DNA of 64,000 bases from Candidatus Poribacteria bacterium (GTDB taxonomy: Bacteria > Poribacteria > WGA-4E > WGA-3G): positions 800,001-864,000 of the forward strand of contig OZ251518.1 in the NCBI GenBank assembly GCA_965242965.1, given 5' to 3'. Shown one piece after another: positions 54,655 to 64,000 of this stretch. A model generated the notes under the pieces. It searched no databases and was not told where the DNA came from. It saw only the letters and a program-made list of their open reading frames with translations. Position numbers and translations under genes: made by a program. Every line of letters starts with the position of its first letter. Within the stretch, counting starts at the first letter, position 1.

Positions 54655-55461
54655 ATGAAAACCAATTCATGGTTCATCGCGGGTTTATTCGTCCTATCGG
54701 CGGTAGGCACCGGGTTTCTCTACTGGTTCCGCGTTGAGACAGATGCGCGCGTTGTTCAGCGTGCGCCGCTCAGCAGCGAGGCACCAAATCACGCGCTATT
54801 TGACGAAGTGTTGCAGGCGCATGTCAACGCCGAAGGACAAGTAGACTACGCAGGGCTGAAAGCACACCCTGAAAAATTGGAGGCATACTTGGATATGCTG
54901 GCAATGACGAACCCGGCGGCGTTATCCTACAACGAACAACTGGCGTTTTGGCTCAATGCCTATAACGCGCTCGTCATCAAAGCCGTTGTAGATAGATACC
55001 CGACGACGAGCGTCCGAAGCATCAAACCGTTCGGTGGGTTTTTCTCTCGGCTGAAATTTCAGGTAGCTGGCAAACCTTACACGCTCAATGAAATTGAGCA
55101 CGACGTTATCCGCGCCGAGTTTGTGGATGCGCGCGTGCACTTCGCGCTCGTCTGTGCATCGGTAGGATGCCCGGCGTTAGAAAACCGCGCCTTTTTCGCC
55201 GATACGCTTGAGGAACGGCTTGAAACCGTCACGTTTAACTTCGTTACTAATCCAGAAAAAGTGCGGCTTGAACGCGGCGAACGTCGAATCTATCTCTCCA
55301 AAATTTTTAAATGGTATGCCGCTGATTTCACGGAGGGATACGCGGGCGTAACCGATTTCCTCGCGGATTACCTGCCGTTGGAGGATGCGGCATTTCTTGA
55401 AACGGAAGAGGTTGAATTGCACTATTTGGATTACGATTGGACGTTGAACCATCAGCGGTAG
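54655..55461 (+). CDS. DUF547 domain protein
   Basis: G.VDY..LK, QLAFWLNAYNA, TLNEIEH..IR, DARVHFALVCASVGCP.L, LSKIFKWY..DF and YDW.LN motifs. Confidence 0.92.
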   Translation: MKTNSWFIAGLFVLSAVGTGFLYWFRVETDARVVQRAPLSSEAPNHALFDEVLQAHVNAEGQVDYAGLKAHPEKLEAYLDMLAMTNPAALSYNEQLAFWLNAYNALVIKAVVDRYPTTSVRSIKPFGGFFSRLKFQVAGKPYTLNEIEHDVIRAEFVDARVHFALVCASVGCPALENRAFFADTLEERLETVTFNFVTNPEKVRLERGERRIYLSKIFKWYAADFTEGYAGVTDFLADYLPLEDAAFLETEEVELHYLDYDWTLNHQR

Positions 55462-55666
55462 GAGATACGGCCTTGACACCCGTAGCGCGGGGGCCTGTCC
55501 CCCGCGTTGCCGGAGCGTGGCGAAGGCTTGTCCCTCTGTAGTTTGTGATCGCCTGATCACAAACGAGTCAGGATCAGGCGATCCTGACCTACAGAGCCTG
55601 GCGCGCGAACGCTGGCGAGGGACAGGCCCCCGCCCTACGAAAAAGGAGAATTTTGGAGAAATTTTT

Positions 55667-56704
55667 ATGACAAACACTGCAATAATCGGTTACGGCTATG
55701 CCGGCCGCGCGTTTCATTCCTATCTCGTCGGTTTGGCAGATGGATTGAACCTTTACGCCATCGCCACGCGGGATGCTGAACGGCAGGCCGCCGCACGCGA
55801 AGCCTACCCAAATGCGCGGATTTACCAAACCATTGACGAAGTCATCGCAGATGATGCTGTGGAGCTCGTTGTGCTGGCCACGCCGCACGATACACACGCC
55901 GAACTCGCCATCAAAGCGATGAATGCCGGCAAACACCTCGTCACAGACAAGATCATGGCGATGAACACGCCCGAGGCGGACGCGATGATTACCGCCAGCA
56001 AACGGAATAACGTCATGCTCAGCGTCTTCCACAACAGGCGATGGGATTGGGACTACCTCACCGTCAAAAAGGTTATCGCCGATGGGCTGCTCGGCAGGCC
56101 TTACCTTTTCCAAGTTGCGATTATGCGCTATGGGAAGCCCGGCGGCTGGCGGGGTATCAAGAAACGTAGCGGCGGTATCCTCTACGATTGGCCCGCGCAC
56201 TTCGTCGATCAGGCGTTGCAGCTCGTGCAGGCACCGGTCTCGTCTGTCTTCTGCGATATCTACTACGATACAAAATGGGGCGTGGACATCGGCAACTACG
56301 CGAATCTCATCATTAAGTTCATGAACGATGTCCGGTATCAGATTGAGATAAGCAATCTCTCCAAGGCTGAGAAGCCGCGGTGGTATGTCGTCGGTGACGA
56401 GGGCGGCCTCATCAAATACGGGTTGGACCCGCAGGAGGGCCCAATGCGCGATGGCGATATCGATGCCGCCGAGGAAGACCCGGGCAATTACGCGAAAGTC
56501 TGGACAGAATCGGGCGGTGAACCTCGCGAACTCGTGATTGAGAGTGTGCGCGGCACGTGGAAATCTTACTATCAGAACATCGCCGATGTGCTGAACAACG
56601 GCGCGGAATTGGCTGTCAAACCTGAGGAAGTTCGGAAAGTCATGCGGGTTTACGATGCGGCGATGAAATCCGCGGCAACAGGCAGAACGGTATTTCTCCG
56701 GTAG
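55667..56704 (+). CDS. Gfo/Idh/MocA family oxidoreductase (YdgJ/IolW-like)
   Basis: IIGYGYAG..FH, ATPH..H, GKH.V.DK, VFHNRRWD.D, GG.LYD...H.VDQ and G.DPQE motifs. Confidence 0.92.
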   Translation: MTNTAIIGYGYAGRAFHSYLVGLADGLNLYAIATRDAERQAAAREAYPNARIYQTIDEVIADDAVELVVLATPHDTHAELAIKAMNAGKHLVTDKIMAMNTPEADAMITASKRNNVMLSVFHNRRWDWDYLTVKKVIADGLLGRPYLFQVAIMRYGKPGGWRGIKKRSGGILYDWPAHFVDQALQLVQAPVSSVFCDIYYDTKWGVDIGNYANLIIKFMNDVRYQIEISNLSKAEKPRWYVVGDEGGLIKYGLDPQEGPMRDGDIDAAEEDPGNYAKVWTESGGEPRELVIESVRGTWKSYYQNIADVLNNGAELAVKPEEVRKVMRVYDAAMKSAATGRTVFLR

Positions 56705-56785
56705 GAGGAATTCTGCTGCGTTGTTCAAATTCTGGACAATCGTGTTCATTTTGTCACGGGTATTGTCGAGGCCGTTTCCCTTTCA

Positions 56786-56966
56786 CCGTAGGGCGAGGGC
56801 CTGTCCCTCGCCATCGTTTTGGTGTCAGACTGCATCACCTCTGTAGGTCAAGATCGCCTGATCTTGACCCGTTCGGGATCAGGCGATCCCGAACTACAGA
56901 GTGGGCCCGATGCTGAAACATCTCGCCGGCAACGAACGATCGCGGGGGACAGGCCCCCGCCCTACG
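56786..56966. repeat. REP cluster
   Basis: Contains the same units as the MITE cargo at 5710-5840. Confidence 0.8.
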
Positions 56967-57088
56967 AAACCTGAATGCGAACCGAATGCCTATCCCTATC
57001 GCATCACAAAACTGGCATGATACTTGCTATAACATCTAGTAAACACCAATGCGCGCTGCGAAAGCACGCGAAATCAGGAGAGTCAAAA

Positions 57089-58195
57089 ATGAAAACGAAT
57101 TTTTGGAGCACAAGCCTCGCATTCCTGCTGATAGTCCTCTTCGCTGGTGCGGTAGCGGCAGACCGGCATGCCGCGGAGTCGCCTTACCACGAACTCAACC
57201 AGCAAGTCATCGCGAGCATTGACAAAGGGTTGGAATGGTTGAAGGCACAGCAGGGAGAAGATGGCCTCTTCCGCAACCATCCTGGGATAACGGCACTTGC
57301 GGTTACCGCCTTTTTGCGGCATCCACAGGGAAAATACACGGAGGCGAACAGCCCGTTCCTCCAGAAGGCCATCCGGCAGCTCATCGCGATGCAACAACCG
57401 AACGGTGCTATCTATGACGCGGACAAGCAACCGGCGTTGCCGAATTACAACACCTCTATCTCCGTGATGGCACTCGCCTCAACGGGAAATTCGGCATACG
57501 CCGAGGTTATCGCCAAAGCGCAAGGGTTCCTGAAGAGCCTGCAAATCACCGATGAAGAGAGCGTCTATTACGGCGGTATCGGCTACGGCAGCCGCGAAAC
57601 CGTGCATGATCTTTCCAATTTGAATATCGCTGTTCAGGCACTCAAAGAGAGCGGCTCCGATGACGACGAAGTCTGGAACAAGGCGATTAAGTTTCTGGAA
57701 CGGACGCAGAACCGCAGTGAGAGCAATGACCAGGGATGGGCAGGCAACGACGGCGGTTTCATCTATTCGCCAGACGGCGAGAGCAAGGCAGGCACGGATG
57801 AGGCGGGGAGTCCGCGCAGTTATGCGAGCATGACTTATGCGGGGTTGTTGAGTTTCATCTACGCGAACGTCGATAAAGATGACCCGCGCGTGCAATCGGC
57901 TATTGATTGGATTCAGAAGCACTTCACCTTGGAAGAAAACTACGGCATGGGTGCGCAGGGGCTCTATTACCACTATCACACCATGGCAAAGGCGTTGCGG
58001 CTTTACGGCCAGCCGGTTCTTGTGGATGCGAAGGGCATCTCGCACGACTGGTATCAAGAATTCGCCGGAAAGTTGATGGAATTGCAGAAACCGGAAGGCT
58101 TTTGGCTCAATGAAGAGAGCCGCTGGATGGAGGCAGATCCGGTGTTAGTTACGAGTTATTCTGTTCTCGCGCTGGATACGGCTTACCCGCGTTAA
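57089..58195 (+). CDS. Secreted prenyltransferase/squalene oxidase repeat protein
   Basis: Signal peptide; QW-like repeats (WLKAQQGEDG, MQQPNGA, LQKPEGFW), DGGFIY and SMTYAGL.S motifs. Confidence 0.85.
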   Translation: MKTNFWSTSLAFLLIVLFAGAVAADRHAAESPYHELNQQVIASIDKGLEWLKAQQGEDGLFRNHPGITALAVTAFLRHPQGKYTEANSPFLQKAIRQLIAMQQPNGAIYDADKQPALPNYNTSISVMALASTGNSAYAEVIAKAQGFLKSLQITDEESVYYGGIGYGSRETVHDLSNLNIAVQALKESGSDDDEVWNKAIKFLERTQNRSESNDQGWAGNDGGFIYSPDGESKAGTDEAGSPRSYASMTYAGLLSFIYANVDKDDPRVQSAIDWIQKHFTLEENYGMGAQGLYYHYHTMAKALRLYGQPVLVDAKGISHDWYQEFAGKLMELQKPEGFWLNEESRWMEADPVLVTSYSVLALDTAYPR

Positions 58196-58259
58196 TTTCA
58201 TGTTGCGCTCGGGGGCGGATCTCCGCATCCGCCCTTTTCCTATATTTTATCTTCCTGCA

Positions 58260-58622
58260 TCACGATTCCCCAGTAGGAGAGACCTCCCGGTCTCGATGCA
58301 TTTCTCGCTGCAGCTGTTCTGCCTTCAGCGTTATCCACTGTTTAATCTCGGTTAATTCCTTACGCATCGTTTCCAATTCGCGCGCTTGTGCTTCAATGCG
58401 CTTTTCTTGCGCATCAAGGCGTTTTTCTTGCGCCGCCAATTTTGCATCCTGCTCGCGTTCCTTTTTCCAACCTAGGATGAGCAGCAGGCCAATCAACGCC
58501 AACAAAGCGACAAACAGCATAAAGACGTGACCGAAGTTTTTGTCCACCGAACTTATCTCGCTAAAAGTGGGGATGCCCAAGAACAACAGCCCACACATCA
58601 AAAATAGGCAAATTAACTTCAT
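58260..58622 (-). CDS. Short paralog of 53634..54152 (signal, TM, heptad tail); C-terminus supplied by a REP
   Basis: AAGGAGG RBS; KKEREQDAKLAAQEKRLDAQ; ends HRDREVSPTGES, the translation of a REP. Confidence 0.65.
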   Translation of the reverse strand: MKLICLFLMCGLLFLGIPTFSEISSVDKNFGHVFMLFVALLALIGLLLILGWKKEREQDAKLAAQEKRLDAQEKRIEAQARELETMRKELTEIKQWITLKAEQLQREMHRDREVSPTGES

Positions 58623-58722
58623 CGGTTGCACCTCCTTGACAAAGATTTCTTATATTATATCGTAATTGCTAGGAAATGTCAAGCAAAAATAAACTTATTT
58701 CCGCGAATTGCGTTAAAATAAC

Positions 58723-59132
58723 TGAGGGTGTTTCATATTTCGAGGCGTTCGGTAGGAGAGACCTCCCGGTCTCGATTTTCCCGCATCGCGGTGGCCTGTC
58801 CTCCGCGATGGCTCAAGAACCGTTTTTTATCGTAGCGCGGGGGCCTGTCCCCCGCGATCTCCATCGTCACGATGTGTGTTTTCCCTCTGTAGTTCGGGAG
58901 CGCCCGCTCCCGAACGGGTCAGGATCAGGCGATCCTGATCTACAGAGCCTGGGGCGCGCGAACGATGGCGAGGGACAGGCCCTCGCCCTACGATGAAGGG
59001 AGACCTTCTGCTGCCGCTGCCGCGGGAGGCGCGCCGCCTATTGCATCGAGACCGGGAGGTCTCTCCTACCGGCAGAAATCGAGACCGGGAGGTCTCTCCT
59101 ACGGGTGTGCATCGAGTTATGAAATACCCTCA
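58723..59132. mobile_element. Complete MITE-like element with REP cargo and an apparent target-site duplication
   Basis: tgagggtgtttcata (58723-58737) and tatgaaataccctca (59118-59132), flanked by aaataac at 58716-58722 and 59133-59139. Confidence 0.75.
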
Positions 59133-59286
59133 AAATAACACCAAAGCGAACAGATTGCGGGTATGTGCACACAATATAAACCTATTTCCTCAAACTGCGT
59201 CTAAACGTACAAAATCCGAACTTTATTCGTCCTTCGTTTGTCTAAAAGTTAGTAATTAAATATCATTTTGCAGGTTCAGGAGGAAA

Positions 59287-60591
59287 ATGATGCGCATATT
59301 GGAGGGAATATCTGTTGGCATCGCGGCGATCCGCAGCAATAAATTGCGTTCCCTACTGACAATGCTCGGGATTATCATCGGCGTTGCATCGGTGCTCGCG
59401 ATGATAGCCATCGGCGACGGTGCCAAAGTCATCGTGCTACAAGATGCCCAGAAACTCGGCGGTGTGAACCAATTTACGATGTATCGCAGCAGCCATAAAC
59501 GCGTTGGCAACCGGTGGGTGCGGAATCGCAGCAACGAATACTTTGAATATGAGGACGTTCTCGCGATTGAAGCGGAATGCCCCTCTGTCAAGGTAGTCGT
59601 GCCTAGAATTCCTGAATGGCGAGGCGTGCTGGTGCAAGCCGCCGACGGTTCCGAAACCCGAACCGGCTATAACGGCGTAAATGCCTCATTTGCAACAGCA
59701 ATGGATTGGGATACATCGCAAGGACGTTTTATTTCCGAGGAAGATATTGATAATGAGTCCAAAGTTTGCGTGCTGGGCTCGGACGTGGTGACAGCCTTGT
59801 TTGGCAACGACTCGCCCCTCGGCAAAGAGGTGAAAATCGGCAGAGGTGGTGGCCGTTATGACAGATACGGCAGGAAAGACCGGAGGCGGACGACCGAACG
59901 GTTCACCGTTGTCGGAACAATGGAAGTCAGAGGGAGAAGTCTCCGGTTCGGTTGGAATCTGGACGACATGGTGTTTCTCCCACTCACGACGACGCAAGAA
60001 CGCTTCACCGGCAACGACCGGATTGTGATGCTTTCTGTCCAAGCGAATACTGTTGAAGAGGTGCCGAAGGCGATCGAAGAGGTGAAAACGGTTCTCCGGA
60101 AACTGCACAACAATCAGGACGATTTCTTCAGTATCTGGGATATGCGGGAAGGCATGGCGCAGTTAGAGAAAATCAGTAAAGTGATCAAAATCGCGTTGGG
60201 GAGCATCGCCGGGTTCTCGCTACTTGTCGGCGGCATCGGCATTATGAATATGATGCTCGTCGCAGTTACCGAACGCACCCGCGAGATTGGGCTCCGGAAG
60301 GCACTCGGCGCGAAGCGGATGGATATCTTGGTGCAGTTCTTAATGGAGGCGGTAGTGCTGTGTAGCATCGGCGGCGCGCTCGGAGTGGTGCTCGGCATCG
60401 CGGCTGGCGAAGGCATGGCAATGCTGGCGGTGAACATCGTTCAGATTGTGCCTGAATGGCCCTCGGTGGTTTCAAAGGAGTGGATTGCCATTGCAGTCTC
60501 ATTCTCGGCGGCAATCGGCATCTCCTTCGGGATGTATCCCGCGATAAAAGCGTCTTCGTTATCACCCATCGAAGCATTAAGAACGGATTAA
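59287..60591 (+). CDS. MacB/FtsX family ABC transporter permease
   Basis: NKLRSLLTMLGIIIGV and GGIGIMNMMLVAVTERTREIGLRKALGA motifs; ends PIEALR. Confidence 0.93.
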   Translation: MMRILEGISVGIAAIRSNKLRSLLTMLGIIIGVASVLAMIAIGDGAKVIVLQDAQKLGGVNQFTMYRSSHKRVGNRWVRNRSNEYFEYEDVLAIEAECPSVKVVVPRIPEWRGVLVQAADGSETRTGYNGVNASFATAMDWDTSQGRFISEEDIDNESKVCVLGSDVVTALFGNDSPLGKEVKIGRGGGRYDRYGRKDRRRTTERFTVVGTMEVRGRSLRFGWNLDDMVFLPLTTTQERFTGNDRIVMLSVQANTVEEVPKAIEEVKTVLRKLHNNQDDFFSIWDMREGMAQLEKISKVIKIALGSIAGFSLLVGGIGIMNMMLVAVTERTREIGLRKALGAKRMDILVQFLMEAVVLCSIGGALGVVLGIAAGEGMAMLAVNIVQIVPEWPSVVSKEWIAIAVSFSAAIGISFGMYPAIKASSLSPIEALRTD

Positions 60592-60612
60592 GCGGAGGAG
60601 GAACGTTAACAA

Positions 60613-61926
60613 ATGAATCTCATTGAATGTGTCATTCTCGGTATTGCGAGTCTTCGGCGGAACCCGCTACGTTCCTGCCTTACCATCTTAGGCATTATCG
60701 TCGGTGTCGGCTCTGTTGTGAGTATGGTATCTGTCGGCGACGGTTCTAGCGCGATGGTATTGCGCGAGATTGAGCGGACCGGCGGCACGAAAATCATTGA
60801 AGTCGTGCGAGACGAATGGGACAAACAGGCCGGCACGCTCAGCCGCGCCGCCGGACGCGCCGTGCGCGGCAAAAGCCGCTGGCAAAGAAACCGGGCAGAA
60901 CACTTGGAAACCGACGATGCTTTCGCATTGCAGGACAGCGTGCGCGGGATTGTCAACGTCGTCGCTGAAGACGATATGCCAGGGTGGAGTGTGAACTATG
61001 CGGGCCGCAGCAAGGAATCACGCATCGTCGCCTCAACTGCCGGCTATGACAGATCGCACAACTGGTACCCCGAAAGTGGACGCTTCTTTACTGCAGAAGA
61101 AGTCGAATCGGCGAGTACCGTCGCTGTCATCGGCGTGAAAATTAAGGAAGAAGTGTTTTTGGGCGAAGACCCGGTGGGAAAGGAGATTAAGGCATCTCGT
61201 CAGTCTTCTTGGCGGCGTAGTGGCCGCTATGATGTCCGCTTGAAAGTCATCGGTGTCATGGAGGAGAAAGGCGATGCAATGGATACCTCTGGCTGGGATG
61301 ACAGGTTTATCATTCCGATAACCACACTTCAGCAGCGGTTTAAAGGCCGGCAGGATGTTGAACGCATCCGCATCGAAGCGATGGACATTGACACGATTCC
61401 GCTCGCTATCACTGATGCAAAGCGGGTTCTCGGACGACGGCATAATAACACCGGTGAAGAATATAACTACTGGACAGCCACAGAGGAACTCGCAACCGCT
61501 AACAAGGTGGGGGTTGTCATGAAACTGCTGATGGGCGGCATCGCGGGCATTGCCCTGCTTGTCGCGGGCATCGGTGTGATGAACATCATGCTCGTCTCTG
61601 TTACTGACCGGACTCGCGAGATAGGTTTGCGCAAGGCACTCGGCGCAACGCGTGGGGACATCTTGGCGCAATTCCTGATTGAGGCATCCGTGCTCACTCT
61701 CGCCGGTGGCATCCTCGGTGCAATTGCAGGTATTTTTATGGGACAGGGGACAGCCGCGCTCATCTCTAAATTCGTCTGGGAAGGGAGCGACTGGCCCTCG
61801 GTAGTCTCTTTTGGAACGATGCTCATCGCGCTGCTTGTTTCAGTGGCAATCGGTGTCTTCTTCGGGCTTTATCCCGCGAACAAGGCGGCGAAACTCACCC
61901 CGGTGGAGGCACTCCGTTCCGAGTAA
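60613..61926 (+). CDS. MacB/FtsX family ABC transporter permease
   Basis: NPLRS.LT.LGIIVGV and GIGVMNIMLVSVTDRTREIGLRKALGA motifs; ends PVEALR. Confidence 0.93.
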   Translation: MNLIECVILGIASLRRNPLRSCLTILGIIVGVGSVVSMVSVGDGSSAMVLREIERTGGTKIIEVVRDEWDKQAGTLSRAAGRAVRGKSRWQRNRAEHLETDDAFALQDSVRGIVNVVAEDDMPGWSVNYAGRSKESRIVASTAGYDRSHNWYPESGRFFTAEEVESASTVAVIGVKIKEEVFLGEDPVGKEIKASRQSSWRRSGRYDVRLKVIGVMEEKGDAMDTSGWDDRFIIPITTLQQRFKGRQDVERIRIEAMDIDTIPLAITDAKRVLGRRHNNTGEEYNYWTATEELATANKVGVVMKLLMGGIAGIALLVAGIGVMNIMLVSVTDRTREIGLRKALGATRGDILAQFLIEASVLTLAGGILGAIAGIFMGQGTAALISKFVWEGSDWPSVVSFGTMLIALLVSVAIGVFFGLYPANKAAKLTPVEALRSE

Positions 61927-61999
61927 GAATCAATCAACCGGAGGTGCCGATTCGCATTCGCATTGGCACCTCCTATAACATACACAGGAGAAATTAACC

Positions 62000-63883
62000 G
62001 TGAAAAAAGTAATTATTAGCGTCGCTGTCCTCCTTGTCCTCGTCGTCGCAATCGGTTGGGCGGTGCTAGGACGTGGGAAAAACGGCGCGGCCCCGGGCAT
62101 GGAGAAGAAAATCGAAGTTGTTGAACGCGGCGACTTCCAAATGCGCATCAGCGCGACCGGCAACTTGGAACCCCTCCTCGACGTGGAAGTCAAGGCTCAA
62201 GTTGAAGGCGAAGTCATTAACCTCCACGTAGACGATGGCGATTATGTGGAGAAGGACCAGGTTTTGGTGGAGTTGGACCCGGAGCTCTATCAAGAGGAAC
62301 TCAAACAGGCGAGAGCGGATGTCAGTGCCGCCAAAGCACAACGCACCCAAGCAGAATTAAATATCGAACTCCGGAAAGAACGGCTTGAAAGCGAATTGAC
62401 GCAGGCGGAAGCCGCTGTCAAAATGGCGCAGGCGAATCTGGAGACGAGCCAGGCCACGACGATAACACAGATTAGCCAAACGGAGACTGATATTCAGACG
62501 ATGCGGAACGCGCTCGCTGAGGATAAGATTGAATTGGAACAGGCCAACATTGCCTTTGAACAGGCGGAGCTCGCGCTGGCTGAACAAGAATCTTCGCGGC
62601 AATCCGCCGAAGTGGATTTGAAAACGGCTGTCGCCGAATTGGAGCGGAACAAATCGCTCTATGAGAAGAACCTCGTCTCGAAAAAAGCGTTGGAAGACGC
62701 TGAATCGCGGCACGCAAACGCTGTCACGCAGCGAGAGAACGCGATGAAGCGGGTCGAATCGCAAAAGAAGACGGTTCTGTCGCGGGAGCGCACCATCTCT
62801 GCACGCCAATCCGCTATTAGCACGCGGGAAGCAACACTGGAACAGCAGCACATTAACCTAGAAAACCTCAAGAAAATGCGCGAGAAGGCGGAAGAAGAAG
62901 ACCGGCTGCAACTAGAGAACGCCGAAACCCGCTGGCAGGAACTGTCCCTGACTATCAACAACGAGAAATTGCTCACCGAGCAGTCTAAAGTCAGCGCGGA
63001 TGCCAACCTGCTTCGCCGGCAAAGTAGCCTGAAGAATCAGAATGAGCGACTCGAGTGGACCACGATTAAGGCACCGATGGCGGGAACCGTCACGCTCCTT
63101 GCAATTGAAGAGGGTGAGATTGTGACTTCCGGCCGTTCCGCCTTTTCGCAAAGCCCGCCGCTCATGACAATCGCTGATCTTTCCCGAATGGTAGTCAAAA
63201 CCTATATCAACGAGGTGGATATGGAACGCCTGCGTCTCAATCAGCGTGCCGAGATTAAGGTGGATGCCTACCAAGAAAAGAAATACGAGGGACGCGTCTA
63301 TGAAATCTCGCCGAGTGGACAGGAACAGGATAACATCATCTCTTTTGAGGTGATGATAGAGGTGGTAGGCTCCCCCGAAGAGCTGCGTCCAGGGATGAGT
63401 GCTGACGTGGACATTATCACTTACGAAGAGAAAAACGTCCTCTTGCTACCGCTTGATGCGCTGATAAAACAGCCCTCGGCGACGCTCACCGCGCAAGTTG
63501 ACGATATATCACCCTATAAGGCGGGGCAGCCGATTGAGGTGCAGACTATCAGCGAGAAAATCTTCCGCGGCACCATAGCGAACGTCGGTTCCGGTTCGGT
63601 GACAATTAGTCTGGATAGTTCGCAGCGCGGCATTCGCCCGGGCCCGACGACGCTTTCGTTGCTCGTCAAAGGGCAAAAGAAGGCAGATGGCGTGCGAGCC
63701 GACATCAAAATCTCGAAAGGGAAATCGGTTATGTTGGATAGTGGCGACGGCCCCGGCACAAGCACCCCCGTGGACGTTGGCATGCAAAACGAAACAAACG
63801 TGATTGTCAAAAGCGGGCTCTCCGCCGGTGACCGGGTTGTGTTACAACAGCGGAAGCCGCAGCGGGGTGGTTGGGGAAGATAG
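62000..63883 (+). CDS. MacA/HlyD family periplasmic adaptor with an extended coiled coil
   Basis: N-terminal TM; ISATG.LEP..VEVK..VEG.V..L.V..GD.V.K; TIKAPM.G.V; LRPGMSADV.I; V.SGL..GD.V. Confidence 0.9.
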   Translation: MKKVIISVAVLLVLVVAIGWAVLGRGKNGAAPGMEKKIEVVERGDFQMRISATGNLEPLLDVEVKAQVEGEVINLHVDDGDYVEKDQVLVELDPELYQEELKQARADVSAAKAQRTQAELNIELRKERLESELTQAEAAVKMAQANLETSQATTITQISQTETDIQTMRNALAEDKIELEQANIAFEQAELALAEQESSRQSAEVDLKTAVAELERNKSLYEKNLVSKKALEDAESRHANAVTQRENAMKRVESQKKTVLSRERTISARQSAISTREATLEQQHINLENLKKMREKAEEEDRLQLENAETRWQELSLTINNEKLLTEQSKVSADANLLRRQSSLKNQNERLEWTTIKAPMAGTVTLLAIEEGEIVTSGRSAFSQSPPLMTIADLSRMVVKTYINEVDMERLRLNQRAEIKVDAYQEKKYEGRVYEISPSGQEQDNIISFEVMIEVVGSPEELRPGMSADVDIITYEEKNVLLLPLDALIKQPSATLTAQVDDISPYKAGQPIEVQTISEKIFRGTIANVGSGSVTISLDSSQRGIRPGPTTLSLLVKGQKKADGVRADIKISKGKSVMLDSGDGPGTSTPVDVGMQNETNVIVKSGLSAGDRVVLQQRKPQRGGWGR

Positions 63884-64000
63884 GAGAATGTGAGGAATGT
63901 GAGGGCGGATGCTGTATCCGCCCTTACGCTTTTACAAATAAATCACTTGTCCATCATACGCGAGCGTCGCATTATCGGGCAGTTCAATCTGCTGTTCCGC

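Noticed and set aside
55589-56749. 386-aa minus-strand ORF
   Set aside because: Antisense shadow of the Gfo/Idh/MocA gene, with no motifs of its own.
1-64000. tRNA, rRNA, prophage or autonomous IS elements
   Set aside because: No cloverleaf or rRNA signatures, phage structural genes, integrase or transposase ORFs were recognised by eye; tRNAscan-SE and ISEScan would be needed to exclude them formally.

Overview
A 64-kb gene-dense, GC-rich bacterial window. Gene content suggests Candidatus Poribacteria or a similar marine/sponge-associated lineage (inference from the sulfatase-fold and PhyH enzymes, many TPR proteins, Uma2, a PorV-like barrel and a lamin-tail secreted protein ending in LTTFGALK). 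Housekeeping and metabolic genes include purL, purQ, uvrC, trmB, a glnD-like gene, PPi-type PFK, kdgK, a ThDP enzyme and MacB-type permeases. Three accessory or conflict clusters are interleaved with them. (i) 2.7-5.5 kb: a DNA methyltransferase/Mrr fusion and a GGCT, bracketed by two distant membrane paralogs and by a duplicated promoter+MITE. (ii) 10-16.7 kb: a UvrD-like helicase with an inserted GIY-YIG domain; a three-gene unit of ABC/AAA ATPase, PIN-like/antitoxin chimera and RelE; a duplicated promoter+RNA leader; and a Swt1-like HEPN fused to ribosomal-S1-like domains. (iii) 30-37.3 kb: FRG, TPR, ASRT and trypsin-TPR genes, then a type II-like Thoeris pair behind a ~175-nt structured leader. 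Intergenic DNA is saturated with several GTAG-footed REP families. These are often packed inside TGAGGGTGTTTCATA-ended MITE-like shells and several are inserted in frame into proteins. No rRNA, tRNA, CRISPR array, integrase or transposase was recognised. All family assignments come from motif recognition by eye; no database searches were run.
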